Source of the DNA: Octopus bimaculoides
Taxonomy: Eukaryota
Assembly (NCBI RefSeq): GCF_001194135.2
Contig: NC_068983.1
Location: forward strand, 124,576,246-124,640,245
Reading direction: 5' to 3'
DNA: 64,000 bases
Positions 49,985 through 62,129 of the stretch are shown in pieces (position 1 is the stretch's first letter; every line of letters starts with the position of its first letter). Position numbers and translations under genes: made by a program. The notes below the pieces were generated by a model that searched no databases, was not told the origin of the DNA, and worked only from the letters and a program-made list of their open reading frames with translations.

Positions 49985-50100
49985 GCGTGGCCTAATGGCT
50001 AAGGTATTGGGCTTACAATCATATGGTCGTGGGAGTGATTCCTGGGTTGGGTAGCGCGTTGTGTTCTTGAGCAAGGTACATCATTTCACGTTGGTCTCGG
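49985..50100 (+). mobile_element. SINE family D head, degenerate
   Basis: GTGGCCTAATGGCTAAGG...GATTCCTGG...GCGTTGTGTTCTTGAGCAAG..CATCATTTCACGTTG. Confidence 0.65.
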
Positions 50101-50284
50101 CTGATAATAGGAAAATAGTATTAGCGCAACTCTCTTTGCTTCTAGTTGTCACATGAGGCATGCTCCAGTGGTCAAGATGGGCGGATCGTGACATCATGAA
50201 TATCTGCTCGCGACTATATAGTCACCTGAACTGAAACAATTAGCGATAGAGTGGCCCAAGTCACCTCTCTTGCAAGTCACAGAC

Positions 50285-50800
50285 CTATATATATACACAC
50301 ACATACACCCTCCACACAAAAGAAAACATCACAAAAACCACACATACATACCTCTGCACACACACACAAACACACACATGCACACAAAAGAAGACATCGC
50401 AAAAACACACACACACACATACAAATACACACATACACACACGCATACACACAAAGGAAAACATCTGCACACACGAACACACACATATACATACACAAAA
50501 TAAAACACCACAAAACAAACACTTCTGCGCGCGCGCACGCACACACACACAAACAGACTCTTCTGAACACACACATACACACAAAAGAAAACATCACAAA
50601 AAACACACACACGTCTGCATACACACACAAACACACATATCCTCACATACACATACACACAGAAACACATACCCTCACACACACATACACACACAAAAAA
50701 GCATCGCGGAAAAACACACACACATACAGACAGCTGGAGACATCCAAAAGAAAACATTACACGCACACATACATACACATAGGTGGAGACACTCACAAGA
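50285..50800. repeat. CA-rich minisatellite punctuated by AAAAGAAAACATC
   Basis: About seven degenerate AAAAGAAAACATC motifs separated by CA-rich spacers. Confidence 0.7.
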
Positions 50801-50944
50801 AAACAATATTTCTTTCGGCACATTGTTACCATTGGCGAGATCCTATTTACTCTTGATACTCTTATAATTAAAGCGAGTCATTTACCGTCTCATTACTTTT
50901 CTGGTAATTTATTTTAGCAATCCCAACGGATAGAAAAATCCAGT

Positions 50945-51356
50945 CATTTAGAACTTTCCGCTAAGCATTTTGTCGACGTGCTAACGATTTTGCCGTTTCA
51001 ACGCGTTTACAACTTTTAATATTGACTTCAAATTGAGGTCAACTTTGCCTTTCATCCTTCCGGGGTTGATAAATTAAGTACCAGTTGCGTACTGGGGTCA
51101 ATCTAATCGACTGGCCCCCTCCCACCAAATTTTGGGCCTTGTGTCTAGAGTAGAAAAGAATATTGACTTCAAATTTTGGCACAACTCCAGCAATTTCGGG
51201 GTTGGGGTTAAGTCGATTCAACTGGTATTTATTTTATCGACCCCGAAATGAAAAAAAAAAAAAAATACAAAGATGGTCTCGGCAGAGTTCGAACTCAGAA
51301 CATGAAATGACCCTAAACACTTTGCCCGGCGTGCTAACAGTTCCGCAAGCTTTAAG
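50945..51356. mobile_element. Nested SINE family C copies in opposite orientations
   Basis: Plus-strand insert 51035-51158 with 17-bp TSD AATATTGACTTCAAATT inside a minus-strand copy with 15-bp TSD AACTTTTAATATTGA. Confidence 0.88.
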
Positions 51357-51379
51357 AACTTTTAATATTGATGCCTGAC

Positions 51380-51610
51380 TTAAAAGACACATGAGGCGAT
51401 GCTGAAAATTCTTAACTTTAAGGATGTCGCGAAAGGCCTGGCTGGAGGCCCAACCTTCCGATTTCTTTTACAGGGCTTAGAAAGACTGAAAGGCTACTGC
51501 AATGAGTGTGTGAACCCGAGAGGGGAATATGTTAAATAAAATCCTAATTAACTGATCCTTATGTATTTTCTTTTACCGAAAGCCAAGAGATCATCAACAC
51601 CCCCTCGTAT
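51380..51610 (+). mobile_element. mariner 3' end with TIR
   Basis: WLEAQPSDFF..GLE.LK..CNECVNPRGEYVK; TIR ...ATCAACACCCCCTCG-TA. Confidence 0.75.
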
Positions 51611-52354
51611 ATCATGTATTTTTTTTATTTCTGCCTAAATGGCTGCTAGTCTAGCACGATATGAACCGGTAAAATAAAGGGCCCAATGTAATTTCGAAAG
51701 GCGTTCTGTGGTTTATGACATATCTAGATTAGTAATACTAATCAATGACGTTAATGGTTAATGTCATTATATTCGATATTTTTCCAGCCCATTGACAACG
51801 TTGCTGCCTGCAATGAATATTGGCTGCGTAAATTGCAAAGAATTGTTAATTCAAAATTATTAATGGGAATTTTAATACCTAAGGTTTCTAATGTAATCAA
51901 AACAATGTAAACAACCAAATTAACGTCATGTTCCATTTATAAGAGCAGCTGTTGATAATGGTGTCATCCTGTAATCGAATATATGACTATGAATAAAACA
52001 TGCTTTATTGAGTGGCTAGACAGTTCTGTGTAATGCAGCTACAAAATCATTAAGACTAGATTAATACAGACAATAATTCTGAAAAAAGTTTAGTTGATTA
52101 ATTCCATTTTATATAGAATAAAGTTAAATCATATCGTATGGACATGAAATTATATATATATATAAGATATTGTAAGGTTTATCATACCACATTCTAGGAT
52201 CAGTTAATTATGATTTTATTCAACACATTCTCCTTTCAGATTCACACACACATTGCGCAGTCCTTCAGTCTTTTAAAGCTCTGTAAAGGAACTCGTAAGG
52301 TTAGGCCTCCAACCAGGTCTTTTGTGACACCCTTATATATATAATGCACACACA

Positions 52355-52560
52355 CAGAGGGTGCAGTGAATAAATTGTCGCCTAAATTACACAAAAATGA
52401 AAATAACACTGACATCTCAGTTTAACAGATGTATTTACCAAAACCAAATAAAAATATCTTAAAATACTAAAGAGAGAATTGTTTCAATAAATTCGCCATT
52501 GGCTTCAACCACGGCCTACAGACGACTTCGGAATCTCTTGCAACTCTTCTGGATGTTCTT
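52355..52560 (-). mobile_element. Tc1/mariner (maT-like) 3' end
   Basis: Minus strand IQKSCKRFRSRL*AVVEANGEFIE, then a TIR-like CAGAGGGTGCAGTGAATAAATTGTCGCC at the left boundary. Confidence 0.65.
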
Positions 52561-53403
52561 GTTATGTTGGTTAATGGCGTTGTTCAGGTACGTTAGAACT
52601 ATAAACAAATTACAAGACAAGTAAAACAAAAGAATATAAATATAAATATAAGAATATTTAAGGCACGAATAATTTGGGAGGTCTTATTAAAGAATGGGCG
52701 ATGGAAAGTACTTACGGATATATGAATAGTGTTTTATATGAATATATCTGAGATATATATGCCAGTAACAAGTAATTGTCTGCACGAGAGAAGTAAAGGA
52801 CGAAGCGATTAGTTGAAAAGTAGAAAAATGATAAACAGACGCTAATGGGTTCTGTCAGAGGAAAGTAGTCTGATAGTATATTATCATATTGAAATGCAGA
52901 GCTAAATCATACACTAAAATAGTATTTATGAAGTGTTATTACGTTATGGGTAGGTCTGAGTAATAATTTCAAGCTTACGAGTAAAGTCCGAAATACAAGG
53001 GTTAATGTGAAAATGTCTGGGTTAAATATTTCTCTGGCCTGTAGACTACAGTTGTCTGGAGACATATAACTACCAGTACATGTATATCTAGGTGGATTAA
53101 AATACATCTAAACATTAAACGCTACATGTCTATCCCATCATCCCCACATTAACCAGAATAACTCCCATTGTAACTATAATTAACTCCATAAGCTTACAAG
53201 GTTATACTTTTACAACTTAACAACCTGATATAATTATAATACAACATATGGTTGATTATATTCCCTCAGCTCTACCTATACCGTAACATGAATACTTTCT
53301 GCTTATATCTGGAATTGATAATAGTCTCAACCTTATTTTTAGTGTCTACGAATGTCTACACGCAAGCATTTAATTGCAATACACAGTTACCTCCCTTTCA
53401 TCT

Positions 53404-53405
<2 letters not shown>

Positions 53406-53476
<71 letters not shown>
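53406..53476. repeat. (CA)n microsatellite
   Basis: Direct reading. Confidence 0.95.
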
Positions 53477-53478
<2 letters not shown>

Positions 53479-53639
53479 CATATTATGTTGAGGACAATGA
53501 TATTTTCAACCGAGGTGTTATAACCGTATTTGATTGTCCAAGTGTTCCAATTCATATATTTACTAGATTCCTCAGATTTACCAATGGTTTCTTCCGTTGA
53601 TTTGATGCGATATTTTCTGTCACTAACAAAATTTCCTCC

Positions 53640-53925
53640 TTCTTGATAGCTGTACGCCGCATGCACTGGTGCATATACATGTCCTCTGGCTCTCGCCAGA
53701 TCATTCCACCAGGGCCTTACTCTTGTTCAGCGCAAAAGCTGCGAGCTGGAAGGGGGCCTGAGGCAGCCACTCCACCAGTAATTAAGGAAGATCTTCAGAG
53801 GATGCAGAGGGGCTGGCACGGGACCGCCAGCGAAGGGGAGCACCGGTGGAATCCTGTTGGCTCTCCAAATCAGGATGCCTCTGAGACCACTTGCCTGTGA
53901 TGATCACATCGCCATCAAGTAAGAA
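53640..53925 (+). mobile_element. RTE-like LINE 3' end, degenerate
   Basis: GC-rich island with AEGLARDRQR-like C-terminal motif and an (AAGC/AAG) tail. Confidence 0.45.
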
Positions 53926-55584
53926 AGAATATGAAGCAAGCAAGAAGCAAGCAATATATAATTATTGATTGTAATAGTATATAGTTTATTGTTCTTTTTG
54001 AGAATTAATCATTTAAGGTGTTTGATATCGGGTTAGTATCATTCTCATCTCAAAACTAATATATTCTCAAAATTAAAAGACCAGTTGCTGGGATGACCTT
54101 TAACATCGATTAAATATCTACCTTTAATTAAGCATTAGTCTGTTGCAAATAACATTGTCAGAATTTTAGCACTAATTACCAAAAGCTGAGTAACTGAAAT
54201 ATTTAGGATAAACTAAGGTGCACTTGCAAGGATTTATAAACTATTGCATGAATTACTGACTAGTTGAATAATAAATGTATTCATCTATTTTTACGTCTGT
54301 CGACCAATCAATGGCGTTCTTTTAGTAAACGGCCTCCGACGGAAAATATATCCTAGATTTAATGCCATGCTTTCCACAAAGTAAAATTGTTGTGGCAGAA
54401 ATAGCTATAGCTCTACAAAGTTTATGTTCAACGCTATCAGTTCCGATTTAAATTTACACTAGACTGGAGTGTTGTTTTTCTTTGTTCGAAGGTCAATAAA
54501 ATAAGAGCAAGAAAGTTATTGAGGTTAATTCAGTATTAATTTCTATGAAAATATCATCTGAATACAAAACCAATATTTGTTCACGGAATGCACTTCTCTC
54601 CACCCACGAAAAAGCAAGTAAACAAAAGCAAACGAAAAAAAAACCATATCTGGAAAAGGAAAAACAACTAAAATCCTAAGTAAATCAATAAAATATATTG
54701 CTACCATTTGATGAATCAAACAAACGTTAGAAAAGAATGATCGAGCCATATGGGATTTTTTTAGACGTTTGATTTCAAATATCGTATGCAAAACCATTGT
54801 AAGTAATGACAGTGAAATTGTTAATGGAATATCAAACTTAATAAAAGAATAGTTTTCCTTTTAGAAATGATCTGCACTTTTTCAGATTTCAAGCCGTTGT
54901 TTTGGCCGACCGTATAACTTTTGAATCATATCCCATAGGCTGAGCTATATTCTTTTCTATGATTCATAACTCTCAGATGGTCAAGTCTACCATTGTATTA
55001 GTAGTTGCAATACATTGTATCAAGATGTTCTGTTAGTTTAATAGCGTTATTAGAGCAGATACAACATCAAAGTTTGAATACAAATTCCAGTATTCACTTA
55101 TTATTTATTTCCCGGCAATAAATCTAGTTCTCCCTCAAGAAGAAACTTCTTGTTCTTCAAGCCACTCCAAATGACACTCGCTAGAGGAAAGATTTGGAAA
55201 TACTTAATGTGACGCCTGAAGAACGAGTTATAGGACATATTAACAGAGACGGAGGTTTCGTGGAACGTAACTCTCAAATTCAGAGGAAGCGTAGTAGTAG
55301 AGGAAGATGTAGTTTATAGAGGCGACACATCATCTGTAAGAGAGAGAGAGAGAGGGAGGATTTCAGCATATTGATGTCTGAAGCTTTGTAAATTAGTCAA
55401 CTGACTTACTTGTGAATGCTGATCGAGATAAATGTACATCGGTGTGCACAAAATATTCTGTCTTATATATAGGAAAAACATTCCGCTTTTAGCAGGTCTA
55501 CAATTTCTCAAAGCCGGATTATTTCATGACTCTTGAAAGGAAGAGGGAAAACTTTGGCATGTAATATTTGAATACACACTGTAA

Positions 55585-55835
55585 AGGCACGGTAACGATT
55601 CTGCCAGCTCGCTTCCTTATAAACAATGATTTCAGATTTTGGCACAAGGCTAATAATTTCGGGTCAGTGGGTAAGTCGATTACATCGAACCCGGTGCACA
55701 ACTGGTACTTATTTTATCTACCCCGAAAGGATGAAAAGCAAAGTCGACTTAAGCGAAATTTGAACGTGAAGACGGACTAAATGCTGCTAAGCATTACGCT
55801 CGGCGTGTTAACGATTCTACCAGCATGCCGTCCTA
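55585..55835 (-). mobile_element. SINE family C copy (plus a partial second head)
   Basis: Family C core and head. Confidence 0.85.
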
Positions 55836-55901
55836 CTTTGGTATGCAATATTAGGTGCATTGAGTATGGCAGGAAAGAACATCAGATACTGTGAGTTAGA
55901 G

Positions 55902-56088
55902 CAGTGCTCCGCAGCTGGTATGCCGCGGTACACTAGTGTGCCAAGAGACGATGATAAGTGTGCCGCAGTGTAACATGAATATACATTTTTTTCCGTGTAC
56001 GTTTAGTTATACCTTTAGTTCAGGTGTGCCGCCGAATTTTGAAAAGAATACAAGTGTACTGCAACTGAAAAAATATTGCGGAACACTG
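55902..56088. mobile_element. hAT (Charlie-like) MITE
   Basis: TIRs CAGTGCTCCGCA / TGCGGAACACTG; GTGTGCCGC sub-terminal repeats; TSD AGTTAGAG / AGTTAGGA. Confidence 0.75.
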
Positions 56089-56551
56089 AGTTAGGACACT
56101 AAAAGTGTTAATTACGTATTCGTCTATGAATAGAGAAAGTATTGTTTCCTTGATACATCTACACTTTGATGATATTTTTAATGTACATTTGCTTCAAGAG
56201 TAGTGTAATATTTTCCAACCAAATACGACATATGCCTTTGATTTTAATAATTAAAAATGTGCCCATCATACAATATTTTGCTAGTTACTGTAAGAATTTC
56301 TTGTTCTCATCTTTATATCAAAAGAGTTTAGTGTCTTTTGAAAATGCCATATAAAATGTTCTTATGAATAGTTAGGCGTAGCGAGTTTCTGCGAATTATA
56401 TCTCATGCAATTTAAATATGACACGATAAAGACTATTATTTTCTAATAATTTAATATAACAGAAGATTGCTTTTGCTATTCTTAATATAATAAATTCGAA
56501 TCTGTTTATTGGTTTATAGATTCTGCTGGCAAATATATATAATTTACATGA

Positions 56552-56682
<131 letters not shown>

Positions 56683-57058
56683 TTTATATATAAACTAATA
56701 TAAGCGCTACTATTTACTTCCAATGACGGCGAGAACCATACAGAAGTATGTTCATGCAATGACATGTCATAAATGTCACATTTCAAGTTTTCTGTTCCTT
56801 CTATCATAGAAATAAAATTGATAAATCCTTCTGGCTAGGATACTAAATATTTAAAGCTTACTTTAAAAGATCTGGTGTTTGTTTTCCAACTAAGTAACAT
56901 AAGATTCAATTTTCTTGCATGAAAACAGAATAAGATCACCGCAGTGGATGTTATCTATGTAATAATTATATGATGTAATAGATACAAACATTATGTGGTG
57001 TGAGTGGAATACGACAGATTGATGGAAAATTTAGATTACTGAAAGTTTTGAAGGCTAA

Positions 57059-57406
57059 TAGGCGGTGAGCTGGCAGAATCGTTATCACGCCGGGAAAATA
57101 CCTAGCGGCATTTCACCTTTCTCACGTTCTGAGTTAAAATTCTGCCGAGATCGACTTTGTTTTTCATTCTTTCGGGGTCGGTAAAATAAATGCCAGTTGA
57201 GCATTAGGGTAGACGTAACTGACTTAGCCCTCCCATCGAAATTGCTGACTTGGTGCAAAAATTTGAGTTTAAATTCCGCCGAGGACGACTAACCATTTCA
57301 TCATTTCGGGATCGACAAAATAAATATCAATTGAGAACTGGGGTAGAGGTAATCGAATTTCCTGCTCTTCTAAATTACTAACTTTGTGCCAAAATTTGAA
57401 ACCGAT
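57059..57406 (+). mobile_element. SINE family C full copy followed by a 5'-truncated tandem copy
   Basis: GGCGGTGAGCTGGCAGAATCGTT head; second AAATTCCGCCGAGG...CCAAAATTTGAAAC unit. Confidence 0.85.
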
Positions 57407-57574
57407 AGTTTTCTGGGCTGATGTTTCCCTGGAATATTTGTGGTTGAGCGTGTGCAGGGGAAGTCAAGGGAGGAACAGAATTCCAGATGTTTGCATTTCT
57501 GGGGACACTTTTAACGAAGGGATTAATGACGTTTTAAGGAGGGGAAACATTGTGATGATAATAGGCAGGAAGAG

Positions 57575-57775
57575 GTGAAGAAAAAATGTTGGAGGCGTTA
57601 AAAGGCATCACTTCGCAAAATTTCTATGACTGCTTCAAACAGGAGAAAACGCATCTGAACCAATATATTGCTTCAAATGGAGAATACTGTGAAGGCGATG
57701 AAGTTGTAAACATGTAAAACAAAGCGAATAAGATGATATTGCAAAATGCCGGTTTCTTTCAGGCACCCCCTAGTA
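57575..57775 (+). mobile_element. mariner 3' end with TIR
   Basis: LKGITSQNFYDCFKQEKTHLNQYIASNGEYCEGD; TIR ...TTCAGGCACCCCCTAG-TA. Confidence 0.7.
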
Positions 57776-57784
57776 TATATATAA

Positions 57785-57827
<43 letters not shown>

Positions 57828-57911
57828 CACGCGTGTATGAATGCATGTGCGTGTATCTGTTTATATATCTATATAGATGTCTGTGTGCATTTTTATTCAT
57901 GTGCCGGCAAC

Positions 57912-58010
57912 CAATAACACTATCCGTATCACGTCCTCACTTTGTTGTTTTTTTGTTATTGTCTTTTTGTGTTTTTTTGAAACTATATATATATATATAT
58001 ATATATATAG
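57912..58010 (+). mobile_element. 3' tail of the hammerhead-bearing PLE unit family, ending in (TA)n
   Basis: TAACACTATCCGTATCACGTCCTCAC.TTGTTGTTTTTT matches the reverse complement of ~24170-24223. Confidence 0.75.
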
Positions 58011-58168
58011 GTGAGAAAGTTGGTATGTGAAAGCACGTGGTTGGATGTATAAAAGATAATAAGAGTGAAAAAACTACAGAAGGCTTGTGTTACATGGTTA
58101 AAGTATATATTTAAATTATGTCAGAAAAAATGTTATAAAATCTTTTTGGTATATAAACATTGTATTTT

Positions 58169-58207
58169 GAGAAATAACCGGTTTCGTGTTGTCTTTTCAA
58201 ATTTCTC
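58169..58207 (-). ncRNA. Mirror copy of the U3:A8 hammerhead motif in the left arm
   Basis: Exact reverse complement of 58245-58283. Confidence 0.6.
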
Positions 58208-58244
58208 TGCTTCATTGTAACGTGTTCGACGTTACAATGAAATA

Positions 58245-58283
58245 GAGAAATTTGAAAAGACAACACGAAACCGGTTATTTCTC
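58245..58283 (+). ncRNA. Minimal type I hammerhead motif with U3:A8 core variant
   Basis: GAGAAAU-UUGAAAA-G(ACAACA)C-GAAAC-CGGU-U|AUUUCUC: 7-bp stem I, ACCGGU palindromic stem III, 1-bp stem II. Confidence 0.6.
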
Positions 58284-58687
58284 AAAATACAATGTTTATA
58301 TACCAAAAAGATTTTATAACATTTTTTCTGACATAATTTAAATATATACTTTAACCATGTAACACAAGCCTTCTGTAGTTTTTTCACTCTTATTATCTTT
58401 TATATATATATATATATATATAATTGATATAAACACCAGTTTGCAATGCTTCACTAAAAAGGAGAATTATAATTGTCACTGAATGTAACTAGGGTGTTAA
58501 AAATACCTGCATTACTAAATATAACAAAGTTGTTACTCATTGATATCTTACATAGAGTACTTACTTACGAAGTGTACTTTATGACCACAAAACTGTGAGT
58601 GCTTTATGAGAATGTGATTTAAAAATGCGAGGAATTTTGAGTGATTTATTCAGAAATAATGTTATACTTAACTATGATCTAAGGATT

Positions 58688-59069
58688 GTGGAGGCGCAAT
58701 GGCCCAGTGGTTAGGGCAGCGGACTCGTGGTCATAGGATCGCGGTTTCGATTCCCAGACCGGGCGTTGTGAGTGTTTATTGAGCGAAAACACTTAAAGCT
58801 CCACGAGGCTCCGGCAGGGGATGGTGGCGAACCCTGCTGTACTCTTTCACCACAACTTTCTCTCACTCTTACTTCCTGTTTCTGTTGTGCCTATAATTCA
58901 AAGGGTCAGCCTTGTCATACTGTGTCACGCAGAATAGCCCCGAGAACTACGTTAAGGGTACACGTGTCTGTGGAGTGCTCAGCCACTTGCACATTAATTT
59001 CACGAGCAGGCTGTTCCGTTGATTGGATCAACTGGAATCCTCAACGTCGTAAGCGACGGAGTGCCAACA
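58688..59069 (+). mobile_element. Full-length SINE family B
   Basis: A and B boxes; 11-bp TSD ATCTAAGGATT (58677-58687, 59070-59080). Confidence 0.95.
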
Positions 59070-59399
59070 ATCTAAGGATTAGGCAGTACTAGTTTCTCAC
59101 ATGAAGAATAGTCTGCCCGTTGTAATTAGAATAAATTAAAGAAATAAACAACTATCAAAAAATAACTTTATTTTTATGAAAAAGAAAACACGTGTTTTAA
59201 TGTTTTCAAAATTAATAAAAAATAAATTTAATTTCGATTTTTCGTGATTTTTTTTAAGGATACTTAAAACTTTCTTCAGATGAAGTATTTTAATTCAGCC
59301 TTTGTGACGTAATGAGAACTAAACTAACTCTTGACCATAATACTATTATTTCGATTTCTTAAAGGGGTTTATATTAAATATTGGACAAGATATTGACTC

Positions 59400-59735
59400 A
59401 GGCGAGGTTGTGTTGTAAGAAGTTTCCTTCCCAACAACATGGTTTTGGATTGAATCCCATTGCGTGGCACCTTAGGCAAGTGTCTTCTACTATAGCCTCG
59501 GGCCAACCAGAGCCTTGTGAGTAGATTTGGTAGACGGAAACTGAAAGCTCACTCCTCCCTCTCTCTATATATGTATGTGTACGTGTGTGTGTGTGTGTGT
59601 GTGTGTGCGTGCGTGTTTGTGTTTGTTGGCCGCCACCGCTTGGAAAACGATGCTGGTTTGTTTACGCCCCATAACTTAGTGGTTCGGTAAAACAAACCAA
59701 TAGAATAAGTACCAGACTTTTAAAAAGTACTGGAA
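59400..59735 (+). mobile_element. Composite SINE family A (head, (TG)n, tail)
   Basis: Head 59400-59550, TG repeat 59570-59620, tail GATGCTGGT.TGTTTACG.CCCC.TAACTTAG.GGTTCGG.AAAA...ATAGAATAAGTACCAG. Confidence 0.8.
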
Positions 59736-59764
59736 TCGAAGGAAGGTTTGATTCCTTTACCTCT

Positions 59765-60945
59765 TAAGGGAAGGAGGTGGCACAATCTTGATAATAGACT
59801 CAGCCGATAGCTGTACTCATCCCATCGTTAACAACAGTTGCTCGACAAAAGCTATCAGTCCCGATAATTCCACACATTCCACGAAGGCGTGCAAGACAGT
59901 TTCTCTGTCCCGCCCGCACCTCGGGATTGTCTGCGAGACGGCACTTCTGTGCCTTGACAACTTGTCTCGAATAGACAAAACCGAACGGTAGCACTGCTAC
60001 GCCAGGGATTTCTGGTAATCATCCAGATACTCCGGTCCGAAAGTTCTCCTGAACAGGTTGATCAACTGATTTCCATCGAAGCGCAGGGTCTGACATCGTC
60101 TGACATAAATTTCACTCACTCGCTATAGAAATCCGCAGTAGTACTCCTGTTGCCGGTATTGCCCGCTCGAGAGAGTAGCTGGAGTGCCTGACGGCACTCC
60201 AATTGCTGATTCCCCAGCCTAGGTCTTCGTTTGATTCATGGACCAATGTCCATTAAGGACGTCAACTCTGGAAGGTAGAATATTATATGCGGTGTCCACA
60301 CCTGATCCACATCCAGGTAAAGCTAGAGGTACCTCAACCTTAACACGAATTTTCGCATCCTCAGCCAAAGCATCTCTAGCCCACCCTTTAGCAGTTTTTG
60401 GCAGCAGACAGAGCGCTTTACAATTGGCTTTCCTCCCTTCCACAGAAAGCGGAAAAGGATTCTTTCCAACTTGTTCGGGGCAAGGCACAACGGTCAGTCG
60501 GTAGGTGATGACAGATGCTATGAACATCTGCACTACCTCCGCCCTCCCTGGCAAGGATAACGTCCGCCCAGACCAGGTCTGGGTTAAGGCAGACACCTTG
60601 CCCGTGACCTCACTCCAATTCTTCTCTATCTGGAGGTCTGTACCGAATCAGACCTCTAGCAACTTAACCGGACCTTCCATCCAACTCTCCACGACGTTAT
60701 TGGACATCAACTTGCCCCTCCAAGTGCCGAGCTGTAAGCCGACCGACATGTCCTAGTTAACCTTTGCTCCTGGCACCGCCTCGTATCCCTTGATGGTGTT
60801 TTCCACACAAGGAAGCTGGTTGCCCTTTTTCAGACACAATGACGGCGATGTCATCCGCATACGCAGTAGCTCCTCTTCCACACCATAGATCATGCGGCAC
60901 GCCCCCTAACACCTCCAATTTCCGCAGCAAAAGGAAAAGATCCAA
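59765..60945 (-). mobile_element. Tx1/L1-like ORF2 fragment (RT C-terminal half and zinc-binding domain)
   Basis: AYADDIAV; WSGRTLSLPGRAEVVQMFIAS...; KGGLGMP in a shifted frame; PRCGRDRETVLHAFVEC CCHC-like motif. Confidence 0.88.
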
Positions 60946-61045
60946 ATTTTATTAATATAATGTATAACATAATTAAAATTTTCTACAGGGACTGCAGGAT
61001 TCCTAAATTTAAATTCATTGTGTTTTGGGGGAGGGGAAAAGTCGA

Positions 61046-61068
61046 TAATAATAATAATAATAATAATG

Positions 61069-61107
<39 letters not shown>

Positions 61108-61299
61108 GTCTTGGTATAAAAGATGGGCTACAGCAAATATTCTGCTTAATACCACAGATTTGCTTGTCAGTTGTTTGACCTTAACCAGTTGAGTATGTCC
61201 CTGAGTGGCTGACGATATGAGCATCTCTGATCATGAGCAGAAGTAGTGGGGAAGCATCATAGCCATATTTTGAGAGGAATTCTTTGGGGTTTTAATAAT
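61046..61299 (+). mobile_element. (TAA)n plus a 5'-truncated copy of the 550-bp TAA-associated repeat
   Basis: GTCTTGGTATAAAAGATGGGCTACAGCAAATATTCTG... nearly identical to 37247 onward. Confidence 0.85.
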
Positions 61300-61635
61300 N
61301 NNNNNNNNNNNNNNNNNNNNNNNNNNNNNNNNNNNNNNNNNNNNNNNNNNNNNNNNNNNNNNNNNNNNNNNNNNNNNNNNNNNNNNNNNNNNNNNNNNNN
61401 NNNNNNNNNNNNNNNNNNNNNNNNNNNNNNNNNNNNNNNNNNNNNNNNNNNNNNNNNNNNNNNNNNNNNNNNNNNNNNNNNNNNNNNNNNNNNNNNNNNN
61501 NNNNNNNNNNNNNNNNNNNNNNNNNNNNNNNNNNNNNNNNNNNNNNNNNNNNNNNNNNNNNNNNNNNNNNNNNNNNNNNNNNNNNNNNNNNNNNNNNNNN
61601 NNNNNNNNNNNNNNNNNNNNNNNNAATAATAATAA

Positions 61636-61852
61636 TAATCCTTTTTACTATAGGCACAAGGCCTGGTATTTGTGTGTATGAGGTGAGGACAATAGTCGAT
61701 TACATCGATCTCAGTACTGGACTGGTACTTAATTTATCGAAAGGATGAAAGACAAAGTCGACCTCGGCGGAATTTGAACTCAAAACATGAAGACAGACGA
61801 AATACCACCATTTCGCCCGGCGTGCTAACGATTCTGCCAACTCGCCGCCTTG
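61636..61852 (-). mobile_element. SINE family C copy
   Basis: Family C core and head. Confidence 0.88.
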
Positions 61853-61883
<31 letters not shown>

Positions 61884-61888
61884 TAATA

Positions 61889-61946
<58 letters not shown>
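61853..61946. repeat. Compound (TAA)n to (TGA)n microsatellite
   Basis: Direct reading. Confidence 0.95.
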
Positions 61947-62129
61947 CAAAAGCACTATTAATACCAAAAAGTAATATTTATTCCCACCTTTAAGTGAGTA
62001 ATGTGTTATATACCATATTATATGTATACGCGCATACACACTCGATCGCGCCTACACACACACACACACACACACAGAGACTCATCTTTATTATTGATGT
62101 TAATTCTTTTGCTATAATATTAATATTAC

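Larger units (their letters stand above)
58048..58404. repeat. Near-perfect palindrome: 176-bp arms, 5-nt spacer (GTTCG)
   Basis: Arms 58048-58223 and 58229-58404 are complementary except at two adjacent positions (58209-10 vs 58242-43). Confidence 0.97.
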
